Source of the DNA: Pyrinomonadaceae bacterium
Lineage (GTDB): Bacteria > Acidobacteriota > Blastocatellia > Pyrinomonadales > Pyrinomonadaceae
Assembly (NCBI GenBank): GCA_036387455.1
Contig: DASVTS010000050.1
Span: forward strand, 17,845-81,844
Length of the DNA: 64,000 bases
Reading direction: 5' to 3'
The notes beneath the pieces were generated by a model. The model did no database searches. It saw only the letters and a list, made by a program, of their open reading frames with translations, and was not told the DNA's origin. Shown in pieces: positions 13,324 through 23,520 of this stretch. Positions within the stretch are counted from its first letter, which is position 1. Each line of letters begins with the position of its first letter. The position numbers were made by a program, and so were the translations under genes.

Positions 13324-14166
13324 TCATCCGCGGCCGGCGAAGGGGCAGCCGGAGGAGCCGTGCTGCGAGTCGAGGTGCGTGCGCGCCTCCCAGAGTTCGG
13401 GGAAGAACCTCTTGTCGAGCGTGGTCTTCAGGTAGCCGACGCCCTCGCTGCCGCCGGTGCCGGGCTTGGTGCCGAGCATGCGCTCGACCATCTTGACGTG
13501 GTGGTAGCGCCAGAGCGAGAAGAACTCGTCGTGCGCGATGAGCGCGTCGGAGAGTTGGTACTCCTCGTAGCGCGACTCGAAGTGCGTGACGATTTCGAGC
13601 GCGGCGCGCACACGGAGCTGGTAGCGGCGGCGGCGCTCCTCCCCGTCGAGCGCGGCGTCGTCGGGCGGCGCGTCCAGGCCGCGCCGCGCGAGCAGCGCGA
13701 AAAACTCTTCGCCGAGCGTGGGCGCGTCCATGCGCGCGCGCAGCCGCCCCGAGGCGAACTCGTCGCCGCGGAAGGCGCGCAGAATCTCCCCGTCCTTGAG
13801 CCCCGAGGCGAACTCTATCTCGCGGAACTGCATGGACTGGAAGCCGCTCGCGGGGTTGAGCTGGTCGCGGAAGCCGAGGAAGTTAATCGGCGTCATCGTC
13901 TCAAGGATGTGTATCTGCGTGACGAGCAGCTTCTCGATTTCGGCGACGCGGGCGAGGGCGCGCGCCGCCACGGGCGCGCGGTCCTCGCGCATCGCGCAGG
14001 AGGCGGCGTCTATCTCGTGGAGCACCTGCTTGAACCACAGCTCGTAGGCCTGGTGGATGGTGATGAAGAGCAGCTCGTCGTGGTGCGCGGGGTCGGACAG
14101 GCACCCCTGCAACCCGATTAGCTCGGGCACGCGCAGGTACTTGTTGTAGGATAAAGGCTCGGTCAC
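13324..14166 (-). CDS. kynA: tryptophan 2,3-dioxygenase
   Basis: 280 aa. YNKYLRVPELIGLQ...HDELLFITIHQAYELWFKQVLHEID is characteristic of bacterial TDO. Confidence 0.85.
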   Translation of the reverse strand: MTEPLSYNKYLRVPELIGLQGCLSDPAHHDELLFITIHQAYELWFKQVLHEIDAASCAMREDRAPVAARALARVAEIEKLLVTQIHILETMTPINFLGFRDQLNPASGFQSMQFREIEFASGLKDGEILRAFRGDEFASGRLRARMDAPTLGEEFFALLARRGLDAPPDDAALDGEERRRRYQLRVRAALEIVTHFESRYEEYQLSDALIAHDEFFSLWRYHHVKMVERMLGTKPGTGGSEGVGYLKTTLDKRFFPELWEARTHLDSQHGSSGCPFAGRG

Positions 14167-14324
14167 GGCTGCCTAGTTTCGCGCGGCCGGTCGCGCACTG
14201 CAAGGCGGGAGGCGGGGTCGCGTCGCGGCGGCCCGGAGAAAGTCGGCCTTTCCGCCCTCACTTTGTCGCCACATGTGAGAGAGTAGGGGGCGCGGAAATC
14301 CATTCGGCCGGAGACGAGAGGGCT

Positions 14325-15503
<1,179 letters not shown>

Positions 15504-15523
15504 ATTTCGAGGGGGAGACGAAG

Positions 15524-16564
15524 ATGATGTTTGACCTGAACGAGCACCCGCACCGGCGCTTCAACCCGCTCACGCGCGAGTGGGTCCTGGTCTCGCCGCA
15601 CCGGACGAAGCGGCCGTGGCAGGGGCAGACCGAGGAGGTGGCGCGCGAGGAGCAGCCGCGCTACGACCCGGCCTGCTACCTCTGCCCCGGCAACGCGCGC
15701 GCCGGCGGCCACACGAACCCGCCCTACGCGGGCACCTTCGTCTTCGACAACGACTTCGCGGCGCTCCTGCCCGACGCGCCCGCGGGCGGCTCGGGCGAAG
15801 CGGGCCTGCTCGTCGCGGAGGGCGAGCGCGGCGTCTGCCGCGTGGTCTGCTTCTCGCCGCGCCACGACCTGACGCTGTCGCGGATGGAGACGCAGGACGT
15901 CCGCGCCGTCGTGGACGTGTGGGCCGCGCAGTACGCGGAGCTGGGCGCGCTCGACTACGTCGGCCACGTGCAGATTTTCGAGAACCGCGGCGCGATGATG
16001 GGCGCGAGCAACCCGCACCCGCACGGCCAGATTTGGGCGACCCAGACCGTGCCGAACGAGCCGGTCAAGGAGCTTACGGCGCAGGGCGAGTATTTTAAAG
16101 CGAAGGGCGCGAGCCTGCTCGGCGACTACCTCGCTCTGGAGCTTGAGCGCGCGGAGCGGGTCGTCTACCAGAACCGCCACTTCGTCGCGGTCGTGCCGTT
16201 CTGGGCGGTGTGGCCGTTCGAGACGCTGGTCGTCAGCCGCCGTCACGTCCAGAGCCTCGAACAGTTGGAGCCGGACGAGCGGGACGGGCTGGCCGACCTG
16301 CTGCGGCAGTTGACGACGCGCTACGACAACCTGTTCCGCGTCCCGTTCCCCTACTCGATGGGCTTCCACCAGCGGCCGACCGACGGACAGCGGCACGAAG
16401 GCTCCCACCTGCACGCGCACTTCTACCCGCCGCTCCTGCGCTCGGCCACGGTGCGCAAGTTCATGGTCGGCTTCGAGCTGCTCGGGATGCCGCAACGCGA
16501 CCTGACGCCGGAACAGGCCGCGCAGAGGTTGCGCGACCTGCCCGAACGTCACTATCTGGACTGA
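15524..16564 (+). CDS. galT: galactose-1-phosphate uridylyltransferase
   Basis: 346 aa with CYLCPGN zinc-site residues and the HPHGQI active-site His-Pro-His motif. Confidence 0.9.
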   Translation: MMFDLNEHPHRRFNPLTREWVLVSPHRTKRPWQGQTEEVAREEQPRYDPACYLCPGNARAGGHTNPPYAGTFVFDNDFAALLPDAPAGGSGEAGLLVAEGERGVCRVVCFSPRHDLTLSRMETQDVRAVVDVWAAQYAELGALDYVGHVQIFENRGAMMGASNPHPHGQIWATQTVPNEPVKELTAQGEYFKAKGASLLGDYLALELERAERVVYQNRHFVAVVPFWAVWPFETLVVSRRHVQSLEQLEPDERDGLADLLRQLTTRYDNLFRVPFPYSMGFHQRPTDGQRHEGSHLHAHFYPPLLRSATVRKFMVGFELLGMPQRDLTPEQAAQRLRDLPERHYLD

Positions 16565-16566
16565 AG

Positions 16567-16594
16567 CCTAATCCCTACCGGCTACTGACTACTG
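16567..16594. repeat. solo arm of four tandem heptamers (NCTACNG), related to the 7810 element, filling the 33-nt gap between convergent stops
   Basis: The sequence is CCTAATC CCTACCG GCTACTG ACTACTG. Its reverse complement CAGTAGTCAGTAGCCGGTAGG resembles the left arm CAGTAGACAGTAGTCGGTAGA at 7808-7828. I found no complementary arm nearby. Confidence 0.55.
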
Positions 16595-16597
16595 CTT

Positions 16598-17794
16598 TCA
16601 AAACGCCGCGCCGGCCGCCTCGTGTGCGGCGTAGGCGCGCGTGTCGAGGATGCGGCGCATCTCGCGGACGACTAATTCCAGTTCCTCGTCCTTCGTGTAG
16701 AAGTGGGGCGAGATGCGGACGCCCGCGCCGGGGCGGTAGTCCACGATGAACTCGCGGCGAATCAGCTCGCGCGTGACGGCGGGCGCGTGGTCGGCGGCGA
16801 CGGTGATGGTGCCGCCGCGCCGCTCGGGGTCGCGGGGGCTCGTCACGCGCAGGCCCGCCTCCTCGCAAAGCTCGATGAGCCTCTGCGTCTGCCGGACGCT
16901 CTTCTCACGGATTCTTTCGACGCCGATCTCGTTGATGATTTTGTAGCCCGACTCGGCGGCGTAGAGCGCGGGGACGGCGGGCGAGCCGTGGAGGAAGCGC
17001 GCGGCGCCCTCGGCGTAAGCTATCGGCCCGTCCTCGAACGAGAAGGGCGCGGCGTGCGCCATCCAGCCCGTGACCTTCGGCTCCAGTTGCGCCCTGAGCC
17101 GCGGCGCGACGTAGAGGTAGCCCGCGCCGGGGCCGCCGCAGAGCCACTTGACCGAGCCGCCCGTGCAGAAGTCCACGTCCAAATCTTTCACCGAGAAGGG
17201 CACGGTGCCGGCCGACTGGTAGGTGTCGAGCACGACGAGCGCGCCGACCTCGTGCGCGCGCCGGGTGATGGCGCGCGCGTCCTGCAAAGACGCGCTCTTG
17301 AAGAGGACGTGCGAGACGGGGACGAGCAGCGTCTCCTCGTCGATGGCCGCGAGCGTCGCTTCGAGCGGCGCGGTGACGCCGTCCTCCGACCTGACCTTGT
17401 GAATGCGGAAGCGCCCGTCGCGCGCGTGCGCCTCGTAGACGTACATCACCGAGGGGAACTCGAGCTCGGAGTAAACTATCTTGTTGCGGCGCGTCTCGGG
17501 GCTCGTGTCGAAGCAGGAGAGGATGAGCGACTGGCAGACCGAGACGTTCTGGTGCATGGCGACCGTGCCGGGGTCGGCGCCGATGATGCGCGCCACCTCG
17601 TCGCCGACCGTGAGCGGCATCTCCCACCACCCCTCGGCCCACGCCCGCACGCCGCGCGTGGCCCACGTCTCGGCGTACGCCTGCAAGCGCTCGTGCGCCC
17701 GCCGCGGCATCGCCCCCAGGCTGTGCGAGATGAGGTACGTCGTCCCCTCCAGAATCGGGAACTCCCGCCGCCACTCAAGAAGCTCGTCCGTCAA
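16598..17794 (-). CDS. kynU: kynureninase-like PLP-dependent hydrolase (aminotransferase class V fold)
   Basis: 398 aa. By eye it aligns to bacterial kynureninase landmarks: YLISHSLGAMP, GGSVKWLCGGPGAGY, TGWMAH and RISPHFYT. Confidence 0.7.
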   Translation of the reverse strand: MTDELLEWRREFPILEGTTYLISHSLGAMPRRAHERLQAYAETWATRGVRAWAEGWWEMPLTVGDEVARIIGADPGTVAMHQNVSVCQSLILSCFDTSPETRRNKIVYSELEFPSVMYVYEAHARDGRFRIHKVRSEDGVTAPLEATLAAIDEETLLVPVSHVLFKSASLQDARAITRRAHEVGALVVLDTYQSAGTVPFSVKDLDVDFCTGGSVKWLCGGPGAGYLYVAPRLRAQLEPKVTGWMAHAAPFSFEDGPIAYAEGAARFLHGSPAVPALYAAESGYKIINEIGVERIREKSVRQTQRLIELCEEAGLRVTSPRDPERRGGTITVAADHAPAVTRELIRREFIVDYRPGAGVRISPHFYTKDEELELVVREMRRILDTRAYAAHEAAGAAF

Positions 17795-17869
17795 AAGCTT
17801 CGCCCTCCGTCCTTCTTCTCAACGATTCGCTGTGACCTCTAAGGGTCGCCCGCAGCCTTGATTGAAACT

Positions 17870-18073
17870 TCACGGGCGCTTCCTCATCTTGTCCTTCAAC
17901 TCGGGGTGGCGAGCGAGGAATGCCCCACGCCTCACTTTATAGACGCCGGGCTTGAGCATGTCGTCGTCCGTCCACCCCCGCTTTAAGCCCGCCTCATACT
18001 CCTCCTGGGTGACCACCCATTCGAACTCTTCGAGGGCAGGCTCCTCGGTTTGCTCATCTTCCTCGTTCTTCAT
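17870..18073 (-). CDS. small acidic protein in the antitoxin position downstream of brnT (atypical, no recognisable RHH)
   Basis: 67 aa beginning MKNEEDEQTEEPALEEFEW... Its ATG overlaps the last 20 nt of brnT. Its GC content is visibly lower than the surrounding genes. Confidence 0.55.
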   Translation of the reverse strand: MKNEEDEQTEEPALEEFEWVVTQEEYEAGLKRGWTDDDMLKPGVYKVRRGAFLARHPELKDKMRKRP

Positions 18074-18332
18074 ATTGTTTCCGTTCGGCTGGCGTCGGCA
18101 GGCGCGCCGAGATGATGCGAATCAAGTCGCCCCGTCCTTCGGTAAAGACGATGAACAGCATGCGTCTGGACGAATACCCAACGGCGAAGAACCGCGTCTC
18201 ATCATGAGAATGGCCCACGTCCGCGTCCGTCACAAGGTTCGGGTCGTTGAAGACCTCGGCGGCCTCTTCGAAGCTCACCCAGTGCTTGCGCAGGTTGGCG
18301 GCCGCCTTCGCTTCGTCCCACTCGAATCTCAC
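18054..18332 (-). CDS. brnT: BrnT-family (DUF497) ribonuclease toxin
   Basis: The C-terminal 92 aa of the 275-aa track ORF, from the GTG at 18332, read VRFEWDEAKAAANLRKHWVSFEEAAEVFNDPN...RIISARLPTPAERKQY, which is the typical BrnT pattern. The upstream Arg/Pro-rich extension was rejected. Confidence 0.8.
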   Translation of the reverse strand: MRFEWDEAKAAANLRKHWVSFEEAAEVFNDPNLVTDADVGHSHDETRFFAVGYSSRRMLFIVFTEGRGDLIRIISARLPTPAERKQYEERGR

Positions 18333-18442
18333 TCGGCTGAGTGCAGCCTTTCTTAAGCTGTTCGGGAGTGACGTTGGCGGACGCCGTCTAGAGTATAGCC
18401 TCGGGGAATTTGAATGGCTACTTTCGCGGGCAGGAGGGGCGG

Positions 18443-18886
18443 TTACTCGTCGCGGAGGATGCGGCCGATTTCGCGGTCGGCGTCGATGGGGGATTTGCGG
18501 AAGGAGGGCGAGGGCGCTTTGAGGTTGTAGGCGGCGATGCGGCGGTTGAGGTCGGCGACCTGGCGGCGGAAGTCTTCGGTGACGCGGCGCCAGTCGGCCT
18601 CGGCGCGCGGGGCCGCGCGGCGCGACTTGAGGCTCTCGCGGTAGGCGTTGCGCGAGCGCAGGAGGTCTGCGCGCGCGCCGTCGAGCGCGGCCCCCAGTTC
18701 CTCGCCCTCCCGAATCCACGGCAGCGCGAGCAGGTTGTTCTTGAAGATGCGGAGGGTGGAGCGCGCCACCTGGCCGGCGAGCAGGTCGCGCCCGGCCCGC
18801 GTCGCGCCGGGCGCCGCGCGCAGGGCGCCGGGGCCGCGCCGCAGCCCGCCCCTGAACACCCAGCCGAAAATCTCTTCCCACTTCAT
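18443..18886 (-). CDS. DUF1992 (DnaJC28-like) domain protein
   Basis: 147 aa from the internal ATG at 18886 (MKWEEIFGW...). The motifs NNLLALPWIREGEEL and RRIAAYNLKAPS are typical of DUF1992. The upstream part of the track ORF was rejected. Confidence 0.65.
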   Translation of the reverse strand: MKWEEIFGWVFRGGLRRGPGALRAAPGATRAGRDLLAGQVARSTLRIFKNNLLALPWIREGEELGAALDGARADLLRSRNAYRESLKSRRAAPRAEADWRRVTEDFRRQVADLNRRIAAYNLKAPSPSFRKSPIDADREIGRILRDE

Positions 18887-19053
18887 CCGACGCTTCTCCC
18901 GGCGCGCGGCGCGCCCTGCCAGCCCCTTACGTCGGCGCGGGGGGGAGGGTTTCTGCTTTTCTGCCCGCCCGCCTCCCGGCCGATAGGCGCGCGGGCGCGG
19001 ACGCGGTAAACTCTCCGGGAAGCGACACAGAAGCCGTGCGGGGCCGGGAATCA

Positions 19054-19314
19054 ATGCTGTCGGTTGACTTCGACGACTACGAGCACGCGGCGGGCGAGTG
19101 CCTGCGCGGGCCTTACGCGCACTTCACGCACCCGCGCTGGTGCGGCCACCCGCGCTGTTTGTTCGACGCGTGCGGCGGCGACCTCGCGGCGGTCGAGGAG
19201 GCGCTGGGCGGCCACGGCTACGACGCGCAGCAGGTGGCGAGGATGTTGGAGAGCTTCTACGTCCCGCTCGCCGAGGAGCGCGCGGAGGAGCGCCTGCGGC
19301 GCGGTGAGCCCTGA
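19054..19314 (+). CDS. hypothetical small Cys/His-containing protein
   Basis: 86 aa from the ATG at 19054 (the track ORF starts at a GTG at 19036). It contains HPRWCGHPRCLFDACGG and has GC3-rich codons. No family was recognised. Confidence 0.4.
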   Translation: MLSVDFDDYEHAAGECLRGPYAHFTHPRWCGHPRCLFDACGGDLAAVEEALGGHGYDAQQVARMLESFYVPLAEERAEERLRRGEP

Positions 19315-19364
19315 TGCCCGCGGCCCGCTCGCCCGACACCGAAGGAGAGGAGTGAGGACTGTAG

Positions 19365-19799
19365 ATGGAGATAGGGACTGAGGCGGACACGCTGTTTCAC
19401 CTGGCGTTCCCCGTGCACGACCTCGCGGCGGCGCGCGACTTCTACGGCGGCGTGCTGGGCTGCCCCGAGGGGCGCAGCTCCGATACGTGGATTGACTTCG
19501 ACCTCTTCGGCCACCAGATAGTGGCGCACCTCCAGCCGGGCGCCGCGGGCGTCGCGGGCACGAACCCCGTGGACTCCCACGACGTCCCCGTGCCGCACTT
19601 CGGCGTCATCCTCTCGCCCGGGCAGTTCGAGGAGCTGGCCGCGCGCGTGAGGGGCGCGGGCGTCCCGTTCGTCATCGAGCCCTACGTCCGCTTCCGCGGC
19701 GAGCCGGGCGAGCAGCACACGATGTTTTTCTTCGACCCGAGCGGCAACGCGCTGGAGTTCAAGGCGTTCGCCGACCGCTCGCGCGTCTTCGCCAAGTGA
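19365..19799 (+). CDS. VOC (glyoxalase/bleomycin resistance/dioxygenase) family protein
   Basis: 144 aa. [23 protein letters not shown] is a typical VOC first beta-alpha-beta-beta-beta module. Confidence 0.7.
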   Translation: MEIGTEADTLFHLAFPVHDLAAARDFYGGVLGCPEGRSSDTWIDFDLFGHQIVAHLQPGAAGVAGTNPVDSHDVPVPHFGVILSPGQFEELAARVRGAGVPFVIEPYVRFRGEPGEQHTMFFFDPSGNALEFKAFADRSRVFAK

Positions 19800-19806
19800 G
19801 GCACGG

Positions 19807-20163
19807 ATGATTACAGTCGCCAACCGCATCTACGTCAACCCCGAGTACGGCGAAGCCTTCGAGGCCCGCTTCCGCGACCGCGCGGGGCTGGTGGACAGGA
19901 TGCCGGGCTTCGTCTCGAACCTCGTCCTCAGGCCCGTCAACGAGGGCGACCCCTACGTGGTCTTCACCGTCTGGCGGAGCCGGCAGGACTTCCTCAACTG
20001 GGTGCGCTCCGACGAGTTCGTGCGCGGGCACGCGCAGTCGGGCACGCTCCCGCGCGAGGCGTTCGCCGGCCCGAACGCGCTGGAGATGCACGAGGTCGTA
20101 CAGGACTCGGCGCGGCCCGAGCTTGAGCCGGAGCCGCGCGGCGGCCCCTTCAAGATGCACTGA
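19807..20163 (+). CDS. antibiotic biosynthesis monooxygenase (ABM) domain protein
   Basis: 118 aa. ITVANRIYVNPEYGEAFEARF...YVVFTVWRSRQDFLNWVRSDEF shows the ferredoxin-like ABM pattern. Confidence 0.65.
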   Translation: MITVANRIYVNPEYGEAFEARFRDRAGLVDRMPGFVSNLVLRPVNEGDPYVVFTVWRSRQDFLNWVRSDEFVRGHAQSGTLPREAFAGPNALEMHEVVQDSARPELEPEPRGGPFKMH

Positions 20164-20219
20164 GGCGCGGGGACGCGCGCGGCGGTTTGAAACTTCAAAG
20201 AGGGAATCAGGGGTAGACG

Positions 20220-21215
20220 ATGGCGATACTTGTGACGGGCGGCGCCGGGTACATCGGCAGCGTGATGGTCGACCAGTTGGCGGAGGCGGGCGAGGAGGTC
20301 GTCGTGCTCGACGACGTCTCGCGCGGGCACCGGGGGGCGCTCGCCGGGGGCGCCCGCTTCTACGAGGGGCGCGTCGGCGACCGCGAGCTGGTCGAGCGCG
20401 TCTGCCGCGAGCACGCGGTCGAGGCGTGCATCCACTTCGCCGCGCTCGCCTACGTCGGCGAGTCGGTGACCGACCCGCGGCTCTACTTCGAGAACAACGT
20501 CTCGCAGGGGTTGGGCCTGCTCGGCGGGCTGCTCGCCGCGGGCGTCAAGCGCTTCGTCTTCTCCTCGACCTGCGCCACCTACGGCGAGCCGGTTCGCGTC
20601 CCCATCGACGAGGGCCACCCGCAGTGGCCCGTCAACCCCTACGGCTGGTCGAAGTTCTTCATGGAGCGCATCCTCGAATCCTACGACCGCGCCTACGGCC
20701 TGCGCTTCGTCGCGCTGCGCTACTTCAACGCCGCGGGCGCGACCGAGCGGAGGGGCGAGAACCACGAGCCGGAGACGCACCTCATCCCGAACGTGCTGGC
20801 GGCGGCGGCCGGGCGCCTGCCCTTCGTCTCGGTCTTCGGCGGCGACTACCCGACGCCCGACGGCACCTGCGTGCGCGACTACATCCACGTCACCGACCTC
20901 TGCTCGGCGCACACGCTCGCGCTCGAGTACCTGCGCGGCGGCGGAAAGTCCGAGTTCATCAACCTCGGCACCGGGCACGGCTACTCGGTGATGGAGGTCA
21001 TCGAGGCGGCGCGGCGCGTGACGGGCAGGCCCATCGAGGTGAGGATGGAGGCGTCGCGCGCGGGCGACCCGGCGCGGCTCGTCGCCGACGCCGCGAAGGC
21101 GCGCGAGGTTCTGGGCTGGCAAACGCGCCACACCGAGCTTGAGGAGATAGTCCGCACCGCCTGGGCGTGGCACGAAGCGCACCCCGAGGGCTACGCCGCA
21201 CCAAAACCCGCCTGA
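20220..21215 (+). CDS. galE: UDP-glucose 4-epimerase
   Basis: 331 aa with the Rossmann motif [10 protein letters not shown] and catalytic YGWSK (YxxxK). The overall GalE layout is present. Confidence 0.9.
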   Translation: MAILVTGGAGYIGSVMVDQLAEAGEEVVVLDDVSRGHRGALAGGARFYEGRVGDRELVERVCREHAVEACIHFAALAYVGESVTDPRLYFENNVSQGLGLLGGLLAAGVKRFVFSSTCATYGEPVRVPIDEGHPQWPVNPYGWSKFFMERILESYDRAYGLRFVALRYFNAAGATERRGENHEPETHLIPNVLAAAAGRLPFVSVFGGDYPTPDGTCVRDYIHVTDLCSAHTLALEYLRGGGKSEFINLGTGHGYSVMEVIEAARRVTGRPIEVRMEASRAGDPARLVADAAKAREVLGWQTRHTELEEIVRTAWAWHEAHPEGYAAPKPA

Positions 21216-21269
21216 GCCGGTAACGCCCTGCTCAAGTCCTCTTCATCAAACGTAATTCTTAAGCAAATA

Positions 21270-21479
21270 ATCGTGATTGCAAGCCTTTCCATCGTGATTG
21301 CAAAGCTTGCAATCACGATGGAAAAGCCTGAAATCGCGGTGGAGAAGCTTAAAATCGTAGTTGCAAGGCTTGAAATCGTGATTGTAAAGCTCGAAATCAC
21401 GATTTCGAGCTTTACAATCACGATTTTGAAGCTTTCCGCCGCGATGGAAAAGCCCGGAATCACGATTTTCGTGGCGTCC
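21270..21479. repeat. array of ten exactly phased 21-bp units (consensus about ATCRYGATTGnAAAGCTTnAA) with nested long palindromes; low GC
   Basis: Units start at 21270, 21291, 21312, 21333, 21354, 21375, 21396, 21417, 21438 and 21459. By my count 96 of 210 bases are G/C. A 13-bp stem with a 3-nt loop lies at 21291-21319, and a 54-nt near-perfect palindrome lies at 21373-21426. The ends carry a 10-bp inverted repeat, AATCGTGATT (21269-21278) and AATCACGATT (21458-21467). Confidence 0.9.
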
Positions 21480-21484
21480 ACCCG

Positions 21485-22393
21485 CTACCGCGGGTCTTGA
21501 CCTGTCTCGCGCTTCGCGTTCGCGCCGAGCCCGCAGCTGTGCGAGCCGAAGGAGCGGCCGAGCGCGCGGACTTCGGCCTCGACCTGCGGGAGCGTCTTGC
21601 GCGTCTGGCGGCCCATGAGGTAGTCGGCGAGCGAACTCATGAAGAACTGCCGGAGGGCGGCGGCGGCGGCGAGCGTGCGCGGGACGTAGACCTTGCGCTT
21701 GCGCCGCTCGACGGCGCGGACGAACGCCTCGGCGCAGTCGCGCAAAGGCGTCACGCGGCCGAAGGGGCCGGGCAGCTTCCCCAGCATCTCCCTGAAGCCG
21801 GCGAGGTCGCTCTGCGCGTCGCGCACGAGGTCGGTGTCCACCCACGAGGGGTGAGCGACGCCGACGGCGACGCCCTTGTGCGCCAGCTCAAGCCTGAGCA
21901 CGTTTCCGAACTGCTCGACGCCGCTCTTGGCCGCGGCGTAGGTCGAGATGCCGGGGAAGGGCGCGATGGCCGCCGCCGAGGAGACGAGCAGGTAGTAGCC
22001 CCGCCGCTCGACGACGTGCGGCAGCGTCGCGCTGACCGTGCGGACGACGCCCGTCAGGTTGACCTCGATGGTGCGGACGAGCGCCTCGACGGGGCCGACC
22101 GCGACGGTGCCGTTGCTGGCGACGCCCGCGTTGGCGACGACCACGTCAATCCCGCCGAGCGCCTCGACCGTCCCGGCCGCCGCGCGTTCGAGCGCCGCCT
22201 GGTCGGTCACGTCGCACTCGAACCAGACGTGCCCGCCGCCCAGCTCGGCCGCCAGCGCGGCCAGAAGCTCCGGCTCAAGCCCGACGAGCGAGAGGCGCGC
22301 GCCGCGCGCCGCGAGCAGGCGCGCAGTCTCCGCGCCGATGCCGCGCGCGGGGCCGGTGATGAGCACGACCTTGCCGGAGATTTGATAGTTCAA
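21485..22393 (-). CDS. short-chain dehydrogenase/reductase (SDR)
   Basis: 302 aa with the cofactor motif ITGPARGIG and catalytic STYAAAKSG (YxxxK). The TTG start overlaps the stop of the upstream esterase (TTGA). Confidence 0.85.
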   Translation of the reverse strand: MNYQISGKVVLITGPARGIGAETARLLAARGARLSLVGLEPELLAALAAELGGGHVWFECDVTDQAALERAAAGTVEALGGIDVVVANAGVASNGTVAVGPVEALVRTIEVNLTGVVRTVSATLPHVVERRGYYLLVSSAAAIAPFPGISTYAAAKSGVEQFGNVLRLELAHKGVAVGVAHPSWVDTDLVRDAQSDLAGFREMLGKLPGPFGRVTPLRDCAEAFVRAVERRKRKVYVPRTLAAAAALRQFFMSSLADYLMGRQTRKTLPQVEAEVRALGRSFGSHSCGLGANAKRETGQDPR

Positions 22394-23505
22394 GGGGCGG
22401 CCTCCTCATGCATGACTTCCCGGCGCGCGCGGGCGCGCGCGGGGGCGGGGCGTTCGAGCAGTTCGCGCCAGTCGCGCGCGACCTCGGCGAGGCGGCGGCC
22501 CGCGGCCGGGCAGACGCCGGTCATGTTGATGAACCCGTGCGCGAGCGAAGGGAAGGGACGCCACACGACGAGGTTGTCCGCATCTTCCAGCGCACGCGCG
22601 TAGGCGTCGCCCTCGTCGCGCAGGTAGTCGAAGCCGGCCGTGACGACGAGCGCGGGCGCGAGCCCCGAGAGGTCGGGCGCGCGCAGGGGCGAGACGAGCG
22701 GGTCTTCGCGGCGCACGCCCGTCCCCCCGGTGTAGTGGTCGAAGAAGGCGTCGCAGTCCGTGCGCGCGAGGAAGTAGCCGCGGCCGAAGAGCTTCTTCGA
22801 CGGCCACTCCTCGCTGGTGACGTCGGTCGCGGGGTAGATGAGCAGTTGGGCGGCGGGCGGGCGGTCGCGCGCCGCGAGCTGCGCCACGACGGCCGCGAGG
22901 TTGCCGCCCGCGCTGTCGCCCCCGACCGAGACGCGCGCGGGGGAGGTGACGCCGAGCGCCCCGGCGTTCGCCTGCGCCCAGCGCAGCGCGGCCAGCGCGT
23001 CGTCCAGCCCCCCGCGGAAGGGGTGCTCGGGCGCGAGGCGGTATTCGACGCTGAGGACGTGCGTCCGCGCGTGCAGGCAGAGCAGGCGGCACGGCTCGTC
23101 GTGCGTCTCAAGGTCGCCGATGACGAAGCCGCCGCCGTGCAGGTAGACGAGCAAGTCCCTCGAACGGGCCGGCGGCGCGTAGTGCCGCACGCGCAGGGGG
23201 CCGCCCTCGACCTCGATTTCGAAGGTGTTGACGGGGCCGACGCGCGTCTTCTTCCCCTGGTAGAGGAGCACCTCGCGGCGGAAGCGCGCGCGCGCCGTGA
23301 CCGGGTCGGGCTCGCAGAGTCCGAGGCGCTTGCGCTTGCGGTTGACGGCGAGGATGAGTTGCAGGCACGTGTCGAGCGTCTGCCCGTCAACCACGATTGG
23401 CGGCCGGCGCAGGAGCCCGCGCTGCACGCCCTCCGGCAGGCTGCCGAGCGACCGCCCGGCGAACCCCTGAAGACGCTCTTTGAGTGTGAAGTCCAGGTCG
23501 GGCAT
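22390..23505 (-). CDS. alpha/beta hydrolase, hormone-sensitive-lipase-type esterase (family IV)
   Basis: 371 aa with the oxyanion motif HGGGFVIGD and the nucleophile elbow GDSAGGN. Confidence 0.85.
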   Translation of the reverse strand: MPDLDFTLKERLQGFAGRSLGSLPEGVQRGLLRRPPIVVDGQTLDTCLQLILAVNRKRKRLGLCEPDPVTARARFRREVLLYQGKKTRVGPVNTFEIEVEGGPLRVRHYAPPARSRDLLVYLHGGGFVIGDLETHDEPCRLLCLHARTHVLSVEYRLAPEHPFRGGLDDALAALRWAQANAGALGVTSPARVSVGGDSAGGNLAAVVAQLAARDRPPAAQLLIYPATDVTSEEWPSKKLFGRGYFLARTDCDAFFDHYTGGTGVRREDPLVSPLRAPDLSGLAPALVVTAGFDYLRDEGDAYARALEDADNLVVWRPFPSLAHGFINMTGVCPAAGRRLAEVARDWRELLERPAPARARARREVMHEEAAP

Positions 23506-23520
23506 CGAACCCCCGTTCGG

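Noticed and set aside
18333-18881. N-terminal 183 residues of the 275-aa ORF containing BrnT.
   Set aside because: The translation is Arg/Pro-rich and overlaps the DUF1992 gene on the same strand in another frame. BrnT homology begins exactly at the GTG at 18332.
21270-21479. Possible CRISPR array.
   Set aside because: The units are contiguous with no unique spacers, the period is only 21 nt, and no cas genes or leader are present.
21191-21500. 96-aa (minus) and 75-aa (plus) ORFs across the 21-bp repeat array, which translate to heptad-repeat peptides.
   Set aside because: The open frames and the 7-residue periodicity follow automatically from a 21-nt palindromic repeat. Both strands are equally open, there is no convincing RBS, and the codon usage is unlike the host. 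A real micro-protein cannot be excluded without conservation or Ribo-seq data.
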